Shown piece by piece: positions 19,727-29,708 of a DNA stretch of 64,000 nucleotides. Numbering within the stretch: position 1 is the stretch's first letter; the number at the start of each line of letters is the position of its first letter. The stretch is from Candidatus Latescibacterota bacterium (lineage in GTDB: Bacteria > Latescibacterota > UBA2968 > UBA8231), in NCBI GenBank assembly GCA_965248265.1, contig CBDFJF010000001.1:1504001-1568000 (forward strand), in the 5' to 3' direction. The notes beneath the pieces were generated by a model. That model saw nothing but the letters and a program-made list of their open reading frames with translations. It searched no databases and was not told the DNA's origin. Made by a program: the position numbers and the translations under genes.

Positions 19727-20110
19727 GTGACCTTCCCCGACTCTCAGCTTCAGAGTGTGATCGAAGACTTCAACGGCGGCATCGGCGTCTACGTGAAGGA
19801 CCTGCCAACTCAGGAAACCTGGGAGCATGCGGCCGACCAGCGATTCACCAATGCCAGCGTCTGCAAGGTCGCGGTCATGATCGAACTCTTCAGACGTGCC
19901 CAGAAGGGATCACTGTCCCTGCTCGACCGCCATCGGCTCGAGCAACCGCCACCGCCGTTGGGTTGGCCCAATCTGAGTTTTATGGAGGACGAACCGGAAC
20001 TGTCGCTGGGTGACTACTGCAGGATAATGATCAACCGCAGCGACAACGCCGCCGCCGATTACCTCATCAGACTACTCACGCCGGCCCGGATTAGCGAGGA
20101 GAGTGTGTAG
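19727..20110 (+). pseudogene. Class A beta-lactamase-like serine hydrolase, C-terminally truncated
   Basis: ASVCK (SxxK) and SDN motifs present; no KTG motif; only 127 aa. Confidence 0.75.
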
Positions 20111-20238
20111 AGAGCGAACTGACAGTTGTCCGCCGGGCCAACCACCTCCGCCCTACCGGTCAGAATCTCGGCCACCAGAGGCTGGTAGCTCATCCTGATT
20201 GAGTCACCCAGAAGTAGAACCTTCGGTAGATCGTTCAT
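20059..20238 (-). pseudogene. SGNH/GDSL hydrolase N-terminal fragment
   Basis: Hand translation MNDLPKVLLLGDSIRMSYQPLVAEILTGRAEVVGPADNCQF; truncated at about 20090. Confidence 0.75.
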
Positions 20239-20954
20239 CGCTCGCTCTTGTACCCCTGTTCTTCCATCGGTTGATTGAGAAAGTCAAAATGACGCTGCTC
20301 CGGATCCGCTTTCCATCGTCCGACTGAATCCTCCCGGACGACGATACGTGCCAACTGGAATCCAAGAAATTCTTCCAGTCGCTGCAGGGTCTCCTCCTGC
20401 TTAAGCACGAAATCCTCGAAGCGGACGGTGATGACGTTAGCGGGTTCGGGTGTCGCTTTCATTATCTGGTACTGGTAATACCACGATATAGCTCGCTGCT
20501 CGCGGATGTCATCGGTTTCGGGGTAGGAGATCCCGAAATCACGCAGATCGTCTGTCGTGTGACCGCTCAAGATGCTGTCGCGGGGGTCGCGAATCCACTG
20601 AATGAATTTTGCCTCGGGGAACCTGCGTGCTATCCACGGGTAGGCAAGGGTCGTTTCCGGAATTTTCCACCCCTTGTGTTCCGCATCGTCGCTGAGTGTA
20701 CCCCCGAGGTACCCTTCGATGAGCGACTCGAATCGTGGGTCGATGCGGCCATCGAGAAGTTCGGAGAAATCCCACAACAGCTTCCCTTGCCATTTTACGT
20801 ACTCAGCCACAACGCGACAGGCCTCGTACATCTGCGCGGGGGGAACCAGATCGCCGGAGCGATTCAAAAGACGGCCCATGTACACATCACTGGCGTACAG
20901 GGTTTGGGAGATGGCTCGGGTGCCGGAGTGGCCTCGCCCGATGACGATTATCAT
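20235..20954 (-). CDS. Sulfotransferase family protein
   Basis: GRGHSGT PAPS loop, GWKIPET, IRDPRDSILS, VRFEDFV. Confidence 0.85.
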   Translation of the reverse strand: MIIVIGRGHSGTRAISQTLYASDVYMGRLLNRSGDLVPPAQMYEACRVVAEYVKWQGKLLWDFSELLDGRIDPRFESLIEGYLGGTLSDDAEHKGWKIPETTLAYPWIARRFPEAKFIQWIRDPRDSILSGHTTDDLRDFGISYPETDDIREQRAISWYYQYQIMKATPEPANVITVRFEDFVLKQEETLQRLEEFLGFQLARIVVREDSVGRWKADPEQRHFDFLNQPMEEQGYKSER

Positions 20955-21491
20955 TCAGGAGCCGGCTTGCAGTTCGGATCGGACGAACTCCATGATACGC
21001 TCGAGATCACCGCACACCGGAACCTCATCTGCCAGGCCAGGAATCTCATCACGTGAATCCAGATAGCAGACCACCGGCCGCCGATAAGACACCGCCAGCG
21101 CGACCTCGCTGCTGGTGCCGGCGCTCCCGGGAAGCGCAATGACAACGTCCGAGCTCAGCACATTGATGTGATTGCGGGACAGGACTTCCTCCCCCTGCTT
21201 GCCGCTGAAGACCAGATGGGTGTAAATGGGAATCTCCACCCAGGGGTTGGGATAGCCGGCCTTGGAGCGGGCCGATCCCTCCTCTCCCGGGAGGACACCG
21301 ATGACATGGCCGCGCCGATCGTCCACCTCGCTGAAGGCGCGGCTGACCGCCGTCATCACCCCTCTGCCCCCACCGGTCAGCAGGTGCACTCCTTCGTGAG
21401 CCAGCCAGCGCCCGAGAAGTTGGGCCTTCTCCTCATGAGGATCCCTGCCGGAGCCCATGACACCAATTACTGGAAGCTTCTCTATCGCCAA
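20955..21491 (-). CDS. LOG/SLOG-family Rossmann-fold protein
   Basis: IGVMGSG, LTGGGRGVM, SRNHINVLSSD, LPGSAGTSSE. Confidence 0.85.
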   Translation of the reverse strand: MAIEKLPVIGVMGSGRDPHEEKAQLLGRWLAHEGVHLLTGGGRGVMTAVSRAFSEVDDRRGHVIGVLPGEEGSARSKAGYPNPWVEIPIYTHLVFSGKQGEEVLSRNHINVLSSDVVIALPGSAGTSSEVALAVSYRRPVVCYLDSRDEIPGLADEVPVCGDLERIMEFVRSELQAGS

Positions 21492-21501
21492 CGCTCTACC
21501 C

Positions 21502-21624
21502 TCATGCTCCCACCAACTCCTTCAGCCTGGTGGGATGCCATGTAAGCACCACATCCGCTCCTGCCTTGCAGGCTTCGTGCGCTGCATCTACATCAAGAGC
21601 TACGGCAGCTCCGGACACGAACAT
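21502..21624 (-). pseudogene. NIF3/YbgI-like fragment
   Basis: VALDVDAAHEACKAGADVVLTWHP resembles the NIF3 motif ALD..EA...GADLIITHHP; only 40 aa. Confidence 0.4.
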
Positions 21625-21664
21625 CCGCTTCCCACCACGACCGGGCGTGAGTGCGGGGATTCCA

Positions 21665-22455
21665 TCAGATCGGCACATACGGTTTCTCAAGGAACTGGAG
21701 CTGTCCCGTGACCTTGCCCGTCTGTCCTGGCTCGAGCGTGCCGAAGCAACTCCCATGTCGGTACACGGCCAGTGGCTCCAACCCAGGATGATGGCATTCG
21801 GAGAGCTCAGCTGAATGAACTACTGACAACTGCTGTGAGCCCGCCACGCACGCACAGCCCCCTGAGCGGCCTGGATGTGTGGCTGCCACCGATTCCCCTG
21901 GTTCTGCCCAATGCGCTCTGCCATCGCTGCATGCTCGGCCACCGGACACCACTTCAGCCATCGCTCGAATGGCGCGTCAAGCGAGTTCACGGGCACCCAC
22001 TCCTTGCCAGGGTCACCGACGGGCAGTTCACAATTTGCCTGAAAAGCCCGGCTCCAGCGGTGAATGAGACACAACCACGCCCAGCAGTCGAACCATGTTT
22101 CGCTGGATTGATTGGTTACATCGATCTCAAAGGTCAGACCATCCTCCCCGCTACGAACCCGACAACCGCACGTCCCATCGGCGTTGCCCTCGGCCGCGGC
22201 CACCGGGCTGTCAGCGTATGACACCACGCCGGCACCGCCATCATTCCATTGGACATTGGGCTGATACCCAAACTGACGCGAAGCGTTACCGAAGAATTCC
22301 GTCAACCGAATTGCCCATAGCAACTCGCTGTAGTTCGGGTGTTCGACGATGAGCGTTGGAAGTCTCACATCCGCATCCAACTCGGCAGGTATATCGGACC
22401 GATGCTGACGGAACGATTCAAACGGCGTCACACGGATCATCGTGTCCTCAGTCAC
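21665..22455 (-). pseudogene. Hypothetical protein with an in-frame TAG and a frameshift
   Basis: After TAG 21820-22 the frame continues FIQLSSPNAIILGWSHWPCTDMGV, then shifts to FGTLEPGQTGKVTGQLQF. Confidence 0.6.
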
Positions 22456-22458
22456 CGG

Positions 22459-22758
22459 CTAGCTCTTCGGCATTTCGCAAATTTCGACGGTCCCACCATG
22501 AACGACGGTAGGATGCTGCTTCAGCAGGTCAGTCAATTCATCCAGGCTCTCAGCGTCAAAACGCATGTAGCCGCCTATGTTCTGTGTGATATCGGGGACC
22601 TCGCTGTTGCCGATGGTCGTTCGCTGCCCGATGGCGCTGCCGCCTCGGAACAGGCCACTCTCTTTGGCGAGATCAAAAAATCGGTCCCAATCTTCCTCTG
22701 TCCCGCTCGTGGCGCCGGGATCCTTGTTCCCGTGCATGAATGTGATGTACTCCATCAT
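22459..22758 (-). CDS. YciI-related (DGPF-like) protein
   Basis: FRGGSAIG, IGGYMRFDAESLDE, HPTVVHGGTVEICE. Confidence 0.75.
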   Translation of the reverse strand: MMEYITFMHGNKDPGATSGTEEDWDRFFDLAKESGLFRGGSAIGQRTTIGNSEVPDITQNIGGYMRFDAESLDELTDLLKQHPTVVHGGTVEICEMPKS

Positions 22759-22776
22759 CGGCTCCTTTTTTGGCTA

Positions 22777-23376
22777 TTACCCTGTTCCAGATTCTGCCTG
22801 ATGAATGTATTTCAATCGACGCTTGTGCAGTAGAATGTCCTCACGCAACCGAGACTCCGCATCCTATCCGGACGAGCAAGCCAGTCCGTAAAGGTCCTCA
22901 AGAATGTGTCGAGCGGAATCCTCTCCACTGAGATCGTTCCACTCGTGTGGGTCGTCTTCGAGATCGAACAACAGGGGCGGCAGGTCCAGCGCAAACCAGG
23001 CTTTCCAGCGTCCACGACGGATCATCCGCATCGGCACACGAGTCCCATCACAGGCGTAATGCATGCGGCCACTGATCGATGTGGTATAGCCCGCCTTCCG
23101 CAGCACGTGCGCCCACGTCGGCATGTCCGACCGCAACGGAGTTCCCAGCTACCACACGCCATGCTCAGGCGTCAGCTGACCTGTCATGAAACTTGCCCGG
23201 GAAGGGCTGCACATCGGGTAGCAGCAGTAGGCGTTGCGGAAGGAAACGCCAGCTGCCATGAGTCGATCCAGGGCGGGAGTCTGTACAGCAGGATGTCCCA
23301 TGCCCCCAATGCTGTCCGGGGCGTGTTGATCGGACATGATTGTGAGAAAATTGGGTTTCTCAGACGTAGCTGTCAT
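22777..23376 (-). pseudogene. Choline-sulfatase-like sulfatase remnant
   Basis: PNFLTIMSDQH, CSPSRAS, GRMH joined directly to RMIRRGRWK..LFDLEDDPHE (large internal deletion); in-frame TAGs at 23149 and 22864. Confidence 0.85.
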
Positions 23377-23771
23377 GCTTCGTGGTGCTGCCCGAACGCG
23401 ATGATATGACCGTCCGGATCGCGAACCGCGAACTCCTTCATGTCGTATTCCTCTTGTACACACGGCTCGTATTCGATCACGGCCCCATTGTCCCGGCACT
23501 GCGCGAACAGGGCATCGGCGTCGTTGATCCAGACATAGGCATCCCAGAAACCGCCCTGGTCGCGGTTGGTGGCTACCGCGTCTTCTCCTCCGGCCTGCTT
23601 CAGCATGAAGGTAAATCCGTCGCGGGACGGCATGGCAAACTCTGGCGGATCCCCCCACTGCGGAGGCATGTCAAAGCCCAGGGAACTGTGGTAATACTCC
23701 AGGGATTCCTTGAGATTGCGTACCACGAAATACGGGGCGGTGCCTCTAAACTGTTTTTCTTCGGAGGACAT
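23373..23771 (-). CDS. VOC/glyoxalase/bleomycin-resistance family protein
   Basis: APYFVVRNLKESLEYY, YDMKEFAVRDPDGHIIAFGQ. Confidence 0.9.
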   Translation of the reverse strand: MSSEEKQFRGTAPYFVVRNLKESLEYYHSSLGFDMPPQWGDPPEFAMPSRDGFTFMLKQAGGEDAVATNRDQGGFWDAYVWINDADALFAQCRDNGAVIEYEPCVQEEYDMKEFAVRDPDGHIIAFGQHHEA

Positions 23772-23795
23772 AACTGCTTTCCCTTTTTGAAGGTG

Positions 23796-23981
23796 TCAAC
23801 GTCCGAACCTGCGCCAGACATTGAAGATCACGTATCGGATTCCTACGGCGACAACCAGCACCGCGATGATATCACCCCACTGGCCCAGGTCCAACCATCC
23901 GATCAAGAACAGACAGCCGCCAAAGACCAGGGCCGTGGTGATGCCGATGAGCAAACCCAGTACGACGCGTGGCAATGGCAA
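23796..23981 (-). CDS. Small two-TM membrane protein
   Basis: 61 aa with two hydrophobic helices; co-oriented and tightly packed. Confidence 0.55.
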   Translation of the reverse strand: MPLPRVVLGLLIGITTALVFGGCLFLIGWLDLGQWGDIIAVLVVAVGIRYVIFNVWRRFGR

Positions 23982-23987
23982 ACCGCG

Positions 23988-24338
23988 TCAGTTGCGCTGC
24001 GGCGGGCGATCATGCCTGGCTTCGTATAATCCGATAGTCCCGCCACCCGGCAGTGTGAAGGAGGTGCTGAGCCCCCATCCTTCGTCGACGATTGGCACAC
24101 ACACGCAGCCGGCTTCCGTCAACGTTTCGACCTGGGCCTCGACATCATCGCACATCAGATAGGCTTCTTGCTTGCTGCCCTCAGCCGCTGGATGAAAAGC
24201 CATTTCTGCGGGGGGTGCGGCGAAAATCAGCCATCCGTCACCGACGTCAATGTTGGGAAACTTCAAGACACTCTTGAAAAACTCGCGATCCTTTTCAGCG
24301 TCCGTGCTGTAAATGACTACATGAAGACCATTAATCAT
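23988..24338 (-). CDS. VOC family protein
   Basis: MINGLHVVIYSTDAEKDREFF, DEGWG, LPGGGTIGLYE; GGAGG RBS. Confidence 0.9.
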   Translation of the reverse strand: MINGLHVVIYSTDAEKDREFFKSVLKFPNIDVGDGWLIFAAPPAEMAFHPAAEGSKQEAYLMCDDVEAQVETLTEAGCVCVPIVDEGWGLSTSFTLPGGGTIGLYEARHDRPPQRN

Positions 24339-24402
24339 GTTTGACCGCCTCCATTGTTTCGTCTCCATGGCAAGCACCCCATCCAGCTTCATGCCGCCAC
24401 GG

Positions 24403-25392
24403 TCAGCTCTCATGAGGCACAACCACGACCATCTTTCCGCCCGCGGTATTGGCATCCATCATGGCGTGAGCATCACGCAGCTGCTCGAACTCCCAGACAG
24501 GACCGCGCTGGACGGCCAATTCCCCGGTCTCGACCAGATCGACGTAGCGCTGCAGTTCCTCAACGGTGATGTCGTCAGCGCCCCCGGAATAGCTGGTAAG
24601 GCGCACGCCGGAAGGAATCTGCTCCATCGGCCGAAAACGCTCGAACTCCCACGCACCTCCGAGAATTCCTGTCATGCATACCACACCTCCGGGACGGACA
24701 CACTGCATCGAGTCGAGAAGGGTCGTGGCGCCAATGAGATCGAGGGCATGGTCGAGGCCTCCTGGGTAGTGGCGCCGGACCTCGTCCACCAACGTTCCGG
24801 AATCGACGAACACATGGTCCGCACCTGCCGCCATCAGGAATTCACGCTTGGCTTCACTTCGACTGGTAGTCACGACTCCCATGCCGGAAGCCTTGGCCAA
24901 AGCGAGGGTTGCAAGGCCGATGGACGACGTGCCGCCCCGGACAAGAATCGTGTCGCCAGGTTTAGCTCCAAGCCCCACATGCAGAGAGCCGTGTGTTGTC
25001 TGGAGCATCTCCGGCAGCACGCCCAGATCCGCCCAATCCAGTGAGGTCTGGAGCGAAAACACATTGAGGACCGGTGCACAGGTCAACTCAGCGTAGGAGC
25101 CATCGAATTCGCGGCCCATCCCGCCCATCATCGCCGCGACCCGCTGACCCTTCTCATACTCGCCGCCTGGGGCAGACTCGACCTCACCGACGCATTCGAT
25201 GCCGAGCACACGGGGCAGCTTGACCGAAGGCGAATCGCCGATGCGCGTGAACCACTCTGAGCGGTTCAAACCGAAAGCGCGCACTCGAATCAGCACCTGT
25301 CCGGCGACAGGGTCGGGCACCGGAAGTTGACGAAGTTGAAAGGCCTCTGGACCACCCGGGGCATCGAGGACCCAGGCACTCATCGTTTTCAT
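24403..25392 (-). CDS. MDR-family NADPH:quinone oxidoreductase-like protein
   Basis: VRAFGLNRSE, VLGIECVG, LVRGGTSSIG, GKMVVV. Confidence 0.9.
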   Translation of the reverse strand: MKTMSAWVLDAPGGPEAFQLRQLPVPDPVAGQVLIRVRAFGLNRSEWFTRIGDSPSVKLPRVLGIECVGEVESAPGGEYEKGQRVAAMMGGMGREFDGSYAELTCAPVLNVFSLQTSLDWADLGVLPEMLQTTHGSLHVGLGAKPGDTILVRGGTSSIGLATLALAKASGMGVVTTSRSEAKREFLMAAGADHVFVDSGTLVDEVRRHYPGGLDHALDLIGATTLLDSMQCVRPGGVVCMTGILGGAWEFERFRPMEQIPSGVRLTSYSGGADDITVEELQRYVDLVETGELAVQRGPVWEFEQLRDAHAMMDANTAGGKMVVVVPHES

Positions 25393-27119
25393 CTCATCGC
25401 CAGTCGAAACGCTGCCATCTCTTCGCCGTTGCGAACCAGCAGAACGTCGCCGGCCAGCACCGGGTGATTCCAGGTCTTGCCTTTGATTGCCGGGAACCGC
25501 GCGAGCTCTGTGAATTGATCGGGGGTGGCGCTGACCAGAGCCAACTCCCCTTTCTCCGACAACACCAGCAGCAGATCCTGGTCGGCCAACAGGAGGAGCT
25601 GGCCATAACCGTAGCGTCCACCCTTCCACTTGCGTTTGCCGTCCTCGACATCGATGCATGCCAGAATGCTGCCGTCGAAGCCGAAGGCATGGCCCTGGTG
25701 AACGACGAAGTCGTTGAAGTAGGGCTTCAACCGAATCGAGGTCCAGCGCTCTTCGATGGTCCATCCCTTTGGTCCGGACGCTACCGCGATGCGGCGAATG
25801 CCGGTTCCGCCAGTTCCCTCACCGGCGCTGATCAGAAGATCACCGTCCGCGATCAGGGCCGGTTGCACGATGCGGGTGTCGCCCGGCCACGAGTGCTCCC
25901 AGAGCAGGGTGCCGTCATCCGGCAAGACGCTGATAGCGCCGGCTCCGCTCATAAAAAGAACCTGAGCGACTCCGTCGATCGTCAACGAATGGGGTGAGCT
26001 GTAACCATCGCCACCGTCCGGCCCGAACCAGCGCGGAGTGCCAGTAGCGAGATCGTAGCCGGCGAGCTTGCCGGCAGCAGCGACGATGATGACGTCATCG
26101 ACTACCAGCGGCGAACCAGCAAGGGCCCAACCTGGAATCTCTACTCCGGAATCGGATGCTGCGTTGCGCGACCACACCACGGCACCATCGTCAGCGTCGA
26201 GGACGTTCAAAATTCCGGTCGCACCAAAGGTGTAGACCCGACCCCCGCTAACGGTAGGCGTCGCGCGCGGACCTGCGCCGGCATTCGCCTCCCAGAACCG
26301 GGCAGCATCACCATGCCTCCACACCGGCTCGCCGGTGATCACACTATAGCAGGCGACGACTTCTTCCTCCCCCCGCTGCTCCTGGGTGTAGAGCAGGTCG
26401 CCGCGAATCGCGAACGAGGACCAGCCGGGACCGATTGGCCGACGCCACAGTTCGACTGGCGGCGACTCAGTCCAGTCTGTCGTGATCCGGACACCGCGGA
26501 TGATGCTGTCGCGGTCGGGTCCGCGAAAGCCGGGCCAGACGACAACCATCTCCGTTGATTCCTCAGCCGACCGAAGCCCCGTTGGCTCGTCGCCGGCCTG
26601 AGCCAGCAACCGCTCCTCGGGAGTCTGCGCCCATCGCCACGCGAAGTCGTTGTCCATGTCTCCGGTAAATCCACCGGTCCGCACCAGCGTCCACATGCCG
26701 CACGCGAGCAGGATGGTGGCCACCATTGCAGCGCGCCGCGGTCCGTCAGCGAGCCGACGGCTGGCTACCGCCCAGACGACGAAGGCCAGGCTCAGCACCG
26801 GAATGGCGTAAACGGCCAACATCATGCCCATCATCGCCGTCGCGATCGACTCGTCGACAAGATAGGAGGTCGCGACAAACGCGACGATCATCAGGGCGAC
26901 GGCAACCCAGCGTTCGCGTCCAGGCGCCCGGCTGAAAAAGCCCCACCATACGATGACAGCCAGCCCGCAGAAGAGCCCACCCATTACCCCGATGGTCAGG
27001 GCCTCGGGCACGATGATTGGAACGACAAACCTGAGCAACCATTGCAACACCACGATGACTACACCGGGCCACAGCCGGAGTGGTTGTCGAGTCGGTTCTT
27101 TGTTGTGCGCGTTATTCAT
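25389..27119 (-). CDS. Membrane-anchored PQQ/BamB-like beta-propeller protein
   Basis: 5 N-terminal TMs; WPGFRGPDRD, GPRATP, GYSSP, WNHPVL. Confidence 0.85.
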   Translation of the reverse strand: MNNAHNKEPTRQPLRLWPGVVIVVLQWLLRFVVPIIVPEALTIGVMGGLFCGLAVIVWWGFFSRAPGRERWVAVALMIVAFVATSYLVDESIATAMMGMMLAVYAIPVLSLAFVVWAVASRRLADGPRRAAMVATILLACGMWTLVRTGGFTGDMDNDFAWRWAQTPEERLLAQAGDEPTGLRSAEESTEMVVVWPGFRGPDRDSIIRGVRITTDWTESPPVELWRRPIGPGWSSFAIRGDLLYTQEQRGEEEVVACYSVITGEPVWRHGDAARFWEANAGAGPRATPTVSGGRVYTFGATGILNVLDADDGAVVWSRNAASDSGVEIPGWALAGSPLVVDDVIIVAAAGKLAGYDLATGTPRWFGPDGGDGYSSPHSLTIDGVAQVLFMSGAGAISVLPDDGTLLWEHSWPGDTRIVQPALIADGDLLISAGEGTGGTGIRRIAVASGPKGWTIEERWTSIRLKPYFNDFVVHQGHAFGFDGSILACIDVEDGKRKWKGGRYGYGQLLLLADQDLLLVLSEKGELALVSATPDQFTELARFPAIKGKTWNHPVLAGDVLLVRNGEEMAAFRLAMR

Positions 27120-27540
27120 GGTTTTCGGGCGGAATAGCTTTGAGGCGACGACCGATCACTGTACCCATCCACGCCATGGGAATGTAGGCGGCTACGAGAT
27201 CGAGAAGTATGAACCACGCAGGCGCGGGGATCACGAATGAGGCTGAAATGCCTCCCGCCAGGAAAGCGGCCCCAACCACATAGGCGTATACGGGCCGGTA
27301 ACCGGCCGCAACAAGTAAGGCGGCAAACGCTCCAACCAATGTCCCGAGTGCGTGGGCAAGAAAGGGAAAGATAAAATGCTTTGCCTCAAATAGGTGCATC
27401 GAAGCACTCAAGCTCTCGACGTCTGCTACGTCGACTCCCAAGGGTGGTGGGACCACGGATGGCCCCAAGGTGACCAGCGACATGTTGACACCGGAGCCTA
27501 CCGCGAGGCCAACAATGACGGCGAGGATGTTGCGCAACAC
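27112..27540 (-). CDS. Conserved 4-TM membrane protein
   Basis: LRNILAVIVG..HFIFPFLAHALGT..PAWF..YIPMAW; likely GTG start at 27540 after AGGAAG. Confidence 0.75.
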   Translation of the reverse strand: MLRNILAVIVGLAVGSGVNMSLVTLGPSVVPPPLGVDVADVESLSASMHLFEAKHFIFPFLAHALGTLVGAFAALLVAAGYRPVYAYVVGAAFLAGGISASFVIPAPAWFILLDLVAAYIPMAWMGTVIGRRLKAIPPENHE

Positions 27541-27632
27541 GTCACACTTCCTGTTCAACACTTGTTAGATCGGACATGGCTCCCACCTCTTTCATCCAGT
27601 CAGGAGGGCTTTTTGTTAACTCCGCCCAGGGA

Positions 27633-28181
27633 TCATCGCAGCTTCAGCTCGAACATCTGCTCAGCCGCCTCTTCCGTACCTGCATCACACGTAAACCCGC
27701 TCTTCTCCAACACTCGGCGCGACGAAACGTTGCCGCGGGCAACACCACCCACTATCGAACTCACGCCGGACCGGCGACACCATGCAACAAGGCCCTGAAT
27801 CATTTCGCTGGCCAGCCCCTTGCCCCACACCGACTCGGCAAGCAAATATCCCAAACGTAATTCGGCACCCACGGCACGCTCCTGATCTGCTTCGAACAGA
27901 ATGACCAGGCCAACAGACTCTCGTGATGACCGATCCACCACGAGCAACACAGCTCCTTCGTCGTCGCGATCCTGGATCCACTCCTGCGCGCGTTGCGAAG
28001 TATACGATCCTCTCCACGCCTCAGGAAGCGACTGTGTGACTCGGTCGGTTAGCAGGTTGACTACGACATCTGCCAGGTCCTGCGCCACCCAATCGTCATC
28101 AGACAGTGAGTGCCACTCTTTGACGATGAGGCGATCCGTTGAAAAGCAACATGCCTTGCTGATCAATATTCCCCTCTCCAT
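27633..28181 (-). CDS. GNAT N-acetyltransferase (RimJ/RimL-like)
   Basis: STDRL, LGYLLAESVWGKGLASE, NVSSRRVLEKSGF. Confidence 0.9.
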   Translation of the reverse strand: MERGILISKACCFSTDRLIVKEWHSLSDDDWVAQDLADVVVNLLTDRVTQSLPEAWRGSYTSQRAQEWIQDRDDEGAVLLVVDRSSRESVGLVILFEADQERAVGAELRLGYLLAESVWGKGLASEMIQGLVAWCRRSGVSSIVGGVARGNVSSRRVLEKSGFTCDAGTEEAAEQMFELKLR

Positions 28182-28241
28182 GTCCTTGCGCAGGCCGCTA
28201 TCGTGGCGAGCTGACTGTGGCCAAGCGTTGACTGATTCTGA

Positions 28242-28691
28242 TCAGTCCGCCTTCACGCTAACGATCCAGCCCCTGCCCTCGGCAAATTTCGAATACCAGA
28301 TCAAGAACCCGGCCACCGCCAGCGGCATCACGATAAACATGGTGATCTCGAAGGGACCGAAGTCCATTGTCGAATCGTCCATGCCAAGGTAAGGGATCAT
28401 TTGCACAATCATGCCAAGCAGCGACACGATAAACAGATAGTACGCCGCTGACTTTCTCAGCAGCAGCAGAATGCCCCCGATCGAGCCTCCGAAAACGGCT
28501 ACCGCGAAGGCTCCGGTGGCCCATGCAGGTCGGCCTTCGATTATCGCGCGCTTCGCCTCGGGCATCGCGGCAACCATCTCTGCATTCATTTGCCCGAAGT
28601 AGTTCATGACACCCATCGCGTTCCAGATCAGCGCGACCGCGCCGATTACCCAGAAACTCCAGTGAGCACCACCAGTGGTTTCGTCGTTCAT
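28242..28691 (-). CDS. Conserved 4-TM membrane protein
   Basis: HWSFWVIGAVALIWNAMG, PAWATGAFAVAVFGG. Confidence 0.75.
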   Translation of the reverse strand: MNDETTGGAHWSFWVIGAVALIWNAMGVMNYFGQMNAEMVAAMPEAKRAIIEGRPAWATGAFAVAVFGGSIGGILLLLRKSAAYYLFIVSLLGMIVQMIPYLGMDDSTMDFGPFEITMFIVMPLAVAGFLIWYSKFAEGRGWIVSVKAD

Positions 28692-28718
28692 TGCATCCCC
28701 CTGTTGCTTGTTGATTCT

Positions 28719-29006
28719 CTAGTGCGACCTCAATTCGTAGATTCGAATGCTAGCGATAAACGGATTGCTTTGCGCAAGCTTCTCAGCAGCTTCAAAACTC
28801 TCCGCCTCGATAATATTGTAGCCGGTAATGGATTCCATGTCCCATGGAAGATCTCGTGTTCCACTTTTCGATATCTCTCGACCATTGGTGAACCCGCCCT
28901 GGTCAACCTGCTTGTCGGAGATCGATTCAAACCAGGCCATCCAGGCCTGCATGATTTCCGGGGTGGGCTCTTCAAATCCCATGTGCAGGTACATGAACTT
29001 TTTCAC
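28719..29006 (-). CDS. YciI family protein
   Basis: GTG start after AAGGAG; KKFMYLH..WMAWF..ITGYNIIEAESFEAA..IRIYEL. Confidence 0.8.
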   Translation of the reverse strand: MKKFMYLHMGFEEPTPEIMQAWMAWFESISDKQVDQGGFTNGREISKSGTRDLPWDMESITGYNIIEAESFEAAEKLAQSNPFIASIRIYELRSH

Positions 29007-29079
29007 TGCCCTCTCCTTGTGATGGTGTGGCCTGAAAAATTTGCCGGTGTGGTGTCTCTGGCAATATCTGGTCTCACGA

Positions 29080-29376
29080 CTACAACGCCAACATATCGAT
29101 AATCTCTCGACTCGACTCCTCGGGACTCTTCCTGTGATTGAAATGGAGCTGCCTGGCAAGTACATAGTTCGAATCATGCCTGAGCATGAGTGCATTGGCG
29201 TCAAAACCATAGAGCAAATGACGCATGCCACGCCTCTCATCGAGGATTCTCAGTGATACGTCGAGATCAGGTGATGGCAGCACCAATACTACGTGGGGAT
29301 AGGGTCGAAGGAGATCACGGACTTCACCCAGGGTCTGGGTATCCTCGAATAGCGAGTGTCGGCCACCAAAATCTAC
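29080..29376 (-). pseudogene. C-terminal half of a shikimate-kinase-like NMP kinase
   Basis: Hand translation DFGGRHSLFED..PYPHVVLVLPSPDLDVSLRIL..KSPEESSREII; the P-loop N-terminus is absent. Confidence 0.55.
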
Positions 29377-29708
29377 CCTCTGTCTACGGGCGTGAGAGGT
29401 TCGATGGTTCGGTCAATCTTGGGTCGGGACTGCGTGCGCTCTTCGTTGATATCAACTTCCTCTACAGTCGCAGCCTCTTGCAGATACGACTCAATGATCT
29501 CGACGCTATTCCACCAACACTCGTAACCCCAGACGATGTTCCCATTGTCCAGTCGGATTTTGGGATTGCGAGTGTCTGTGATACTCTGTGGTGGAATTTC
29601 CTGAGCGACAATCTCACCGAATCCCAGGAACCTGACGATACCGTCTTTGGCGTCGAGGATAGCGCCAACTCGCTTGAAGCTTTCGGCCGTAGCATCCTTT
29701 TCAGGCAT
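29373..29708 (-). CDS. Hypothetical protein
   Basis: 111 aa, NPKIRLDNGNIVWGYECWW; overlaps its neighbours. Confidence 0.6.
   Translation of the reverse strand: MPEKDATAESFKRVGAILDAKDGIVRFLGFGEIVAQEIPPQSITDTRNPKIRLDNGNIVWGYECWWNSVEIIESYLQEAATVEEVDINEERTQSRPKIDRTIEPLTPVDRG

Noticed and set aside
14074-20090. Inversion between the two head-on junctions
   Set aside because: Flipping the segment would not restore any gene, because all four broken genes lack C-termini
19727-20110. Functional beta-lactam resistance gene
   Set aside because: Truncated before the KTG motif and has no signal peptide
20955-21491. SLOG protein as part of an anti-phage system
   Set aside because: Stand-alone, with no TIR, sirtuin or effector partner next to it
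21820-23151. Amber recoding or pyrrolysine
   Set aside because: The TAGs replace different residues, sit in otherwise broken genes, and TAG ends many intact genes here
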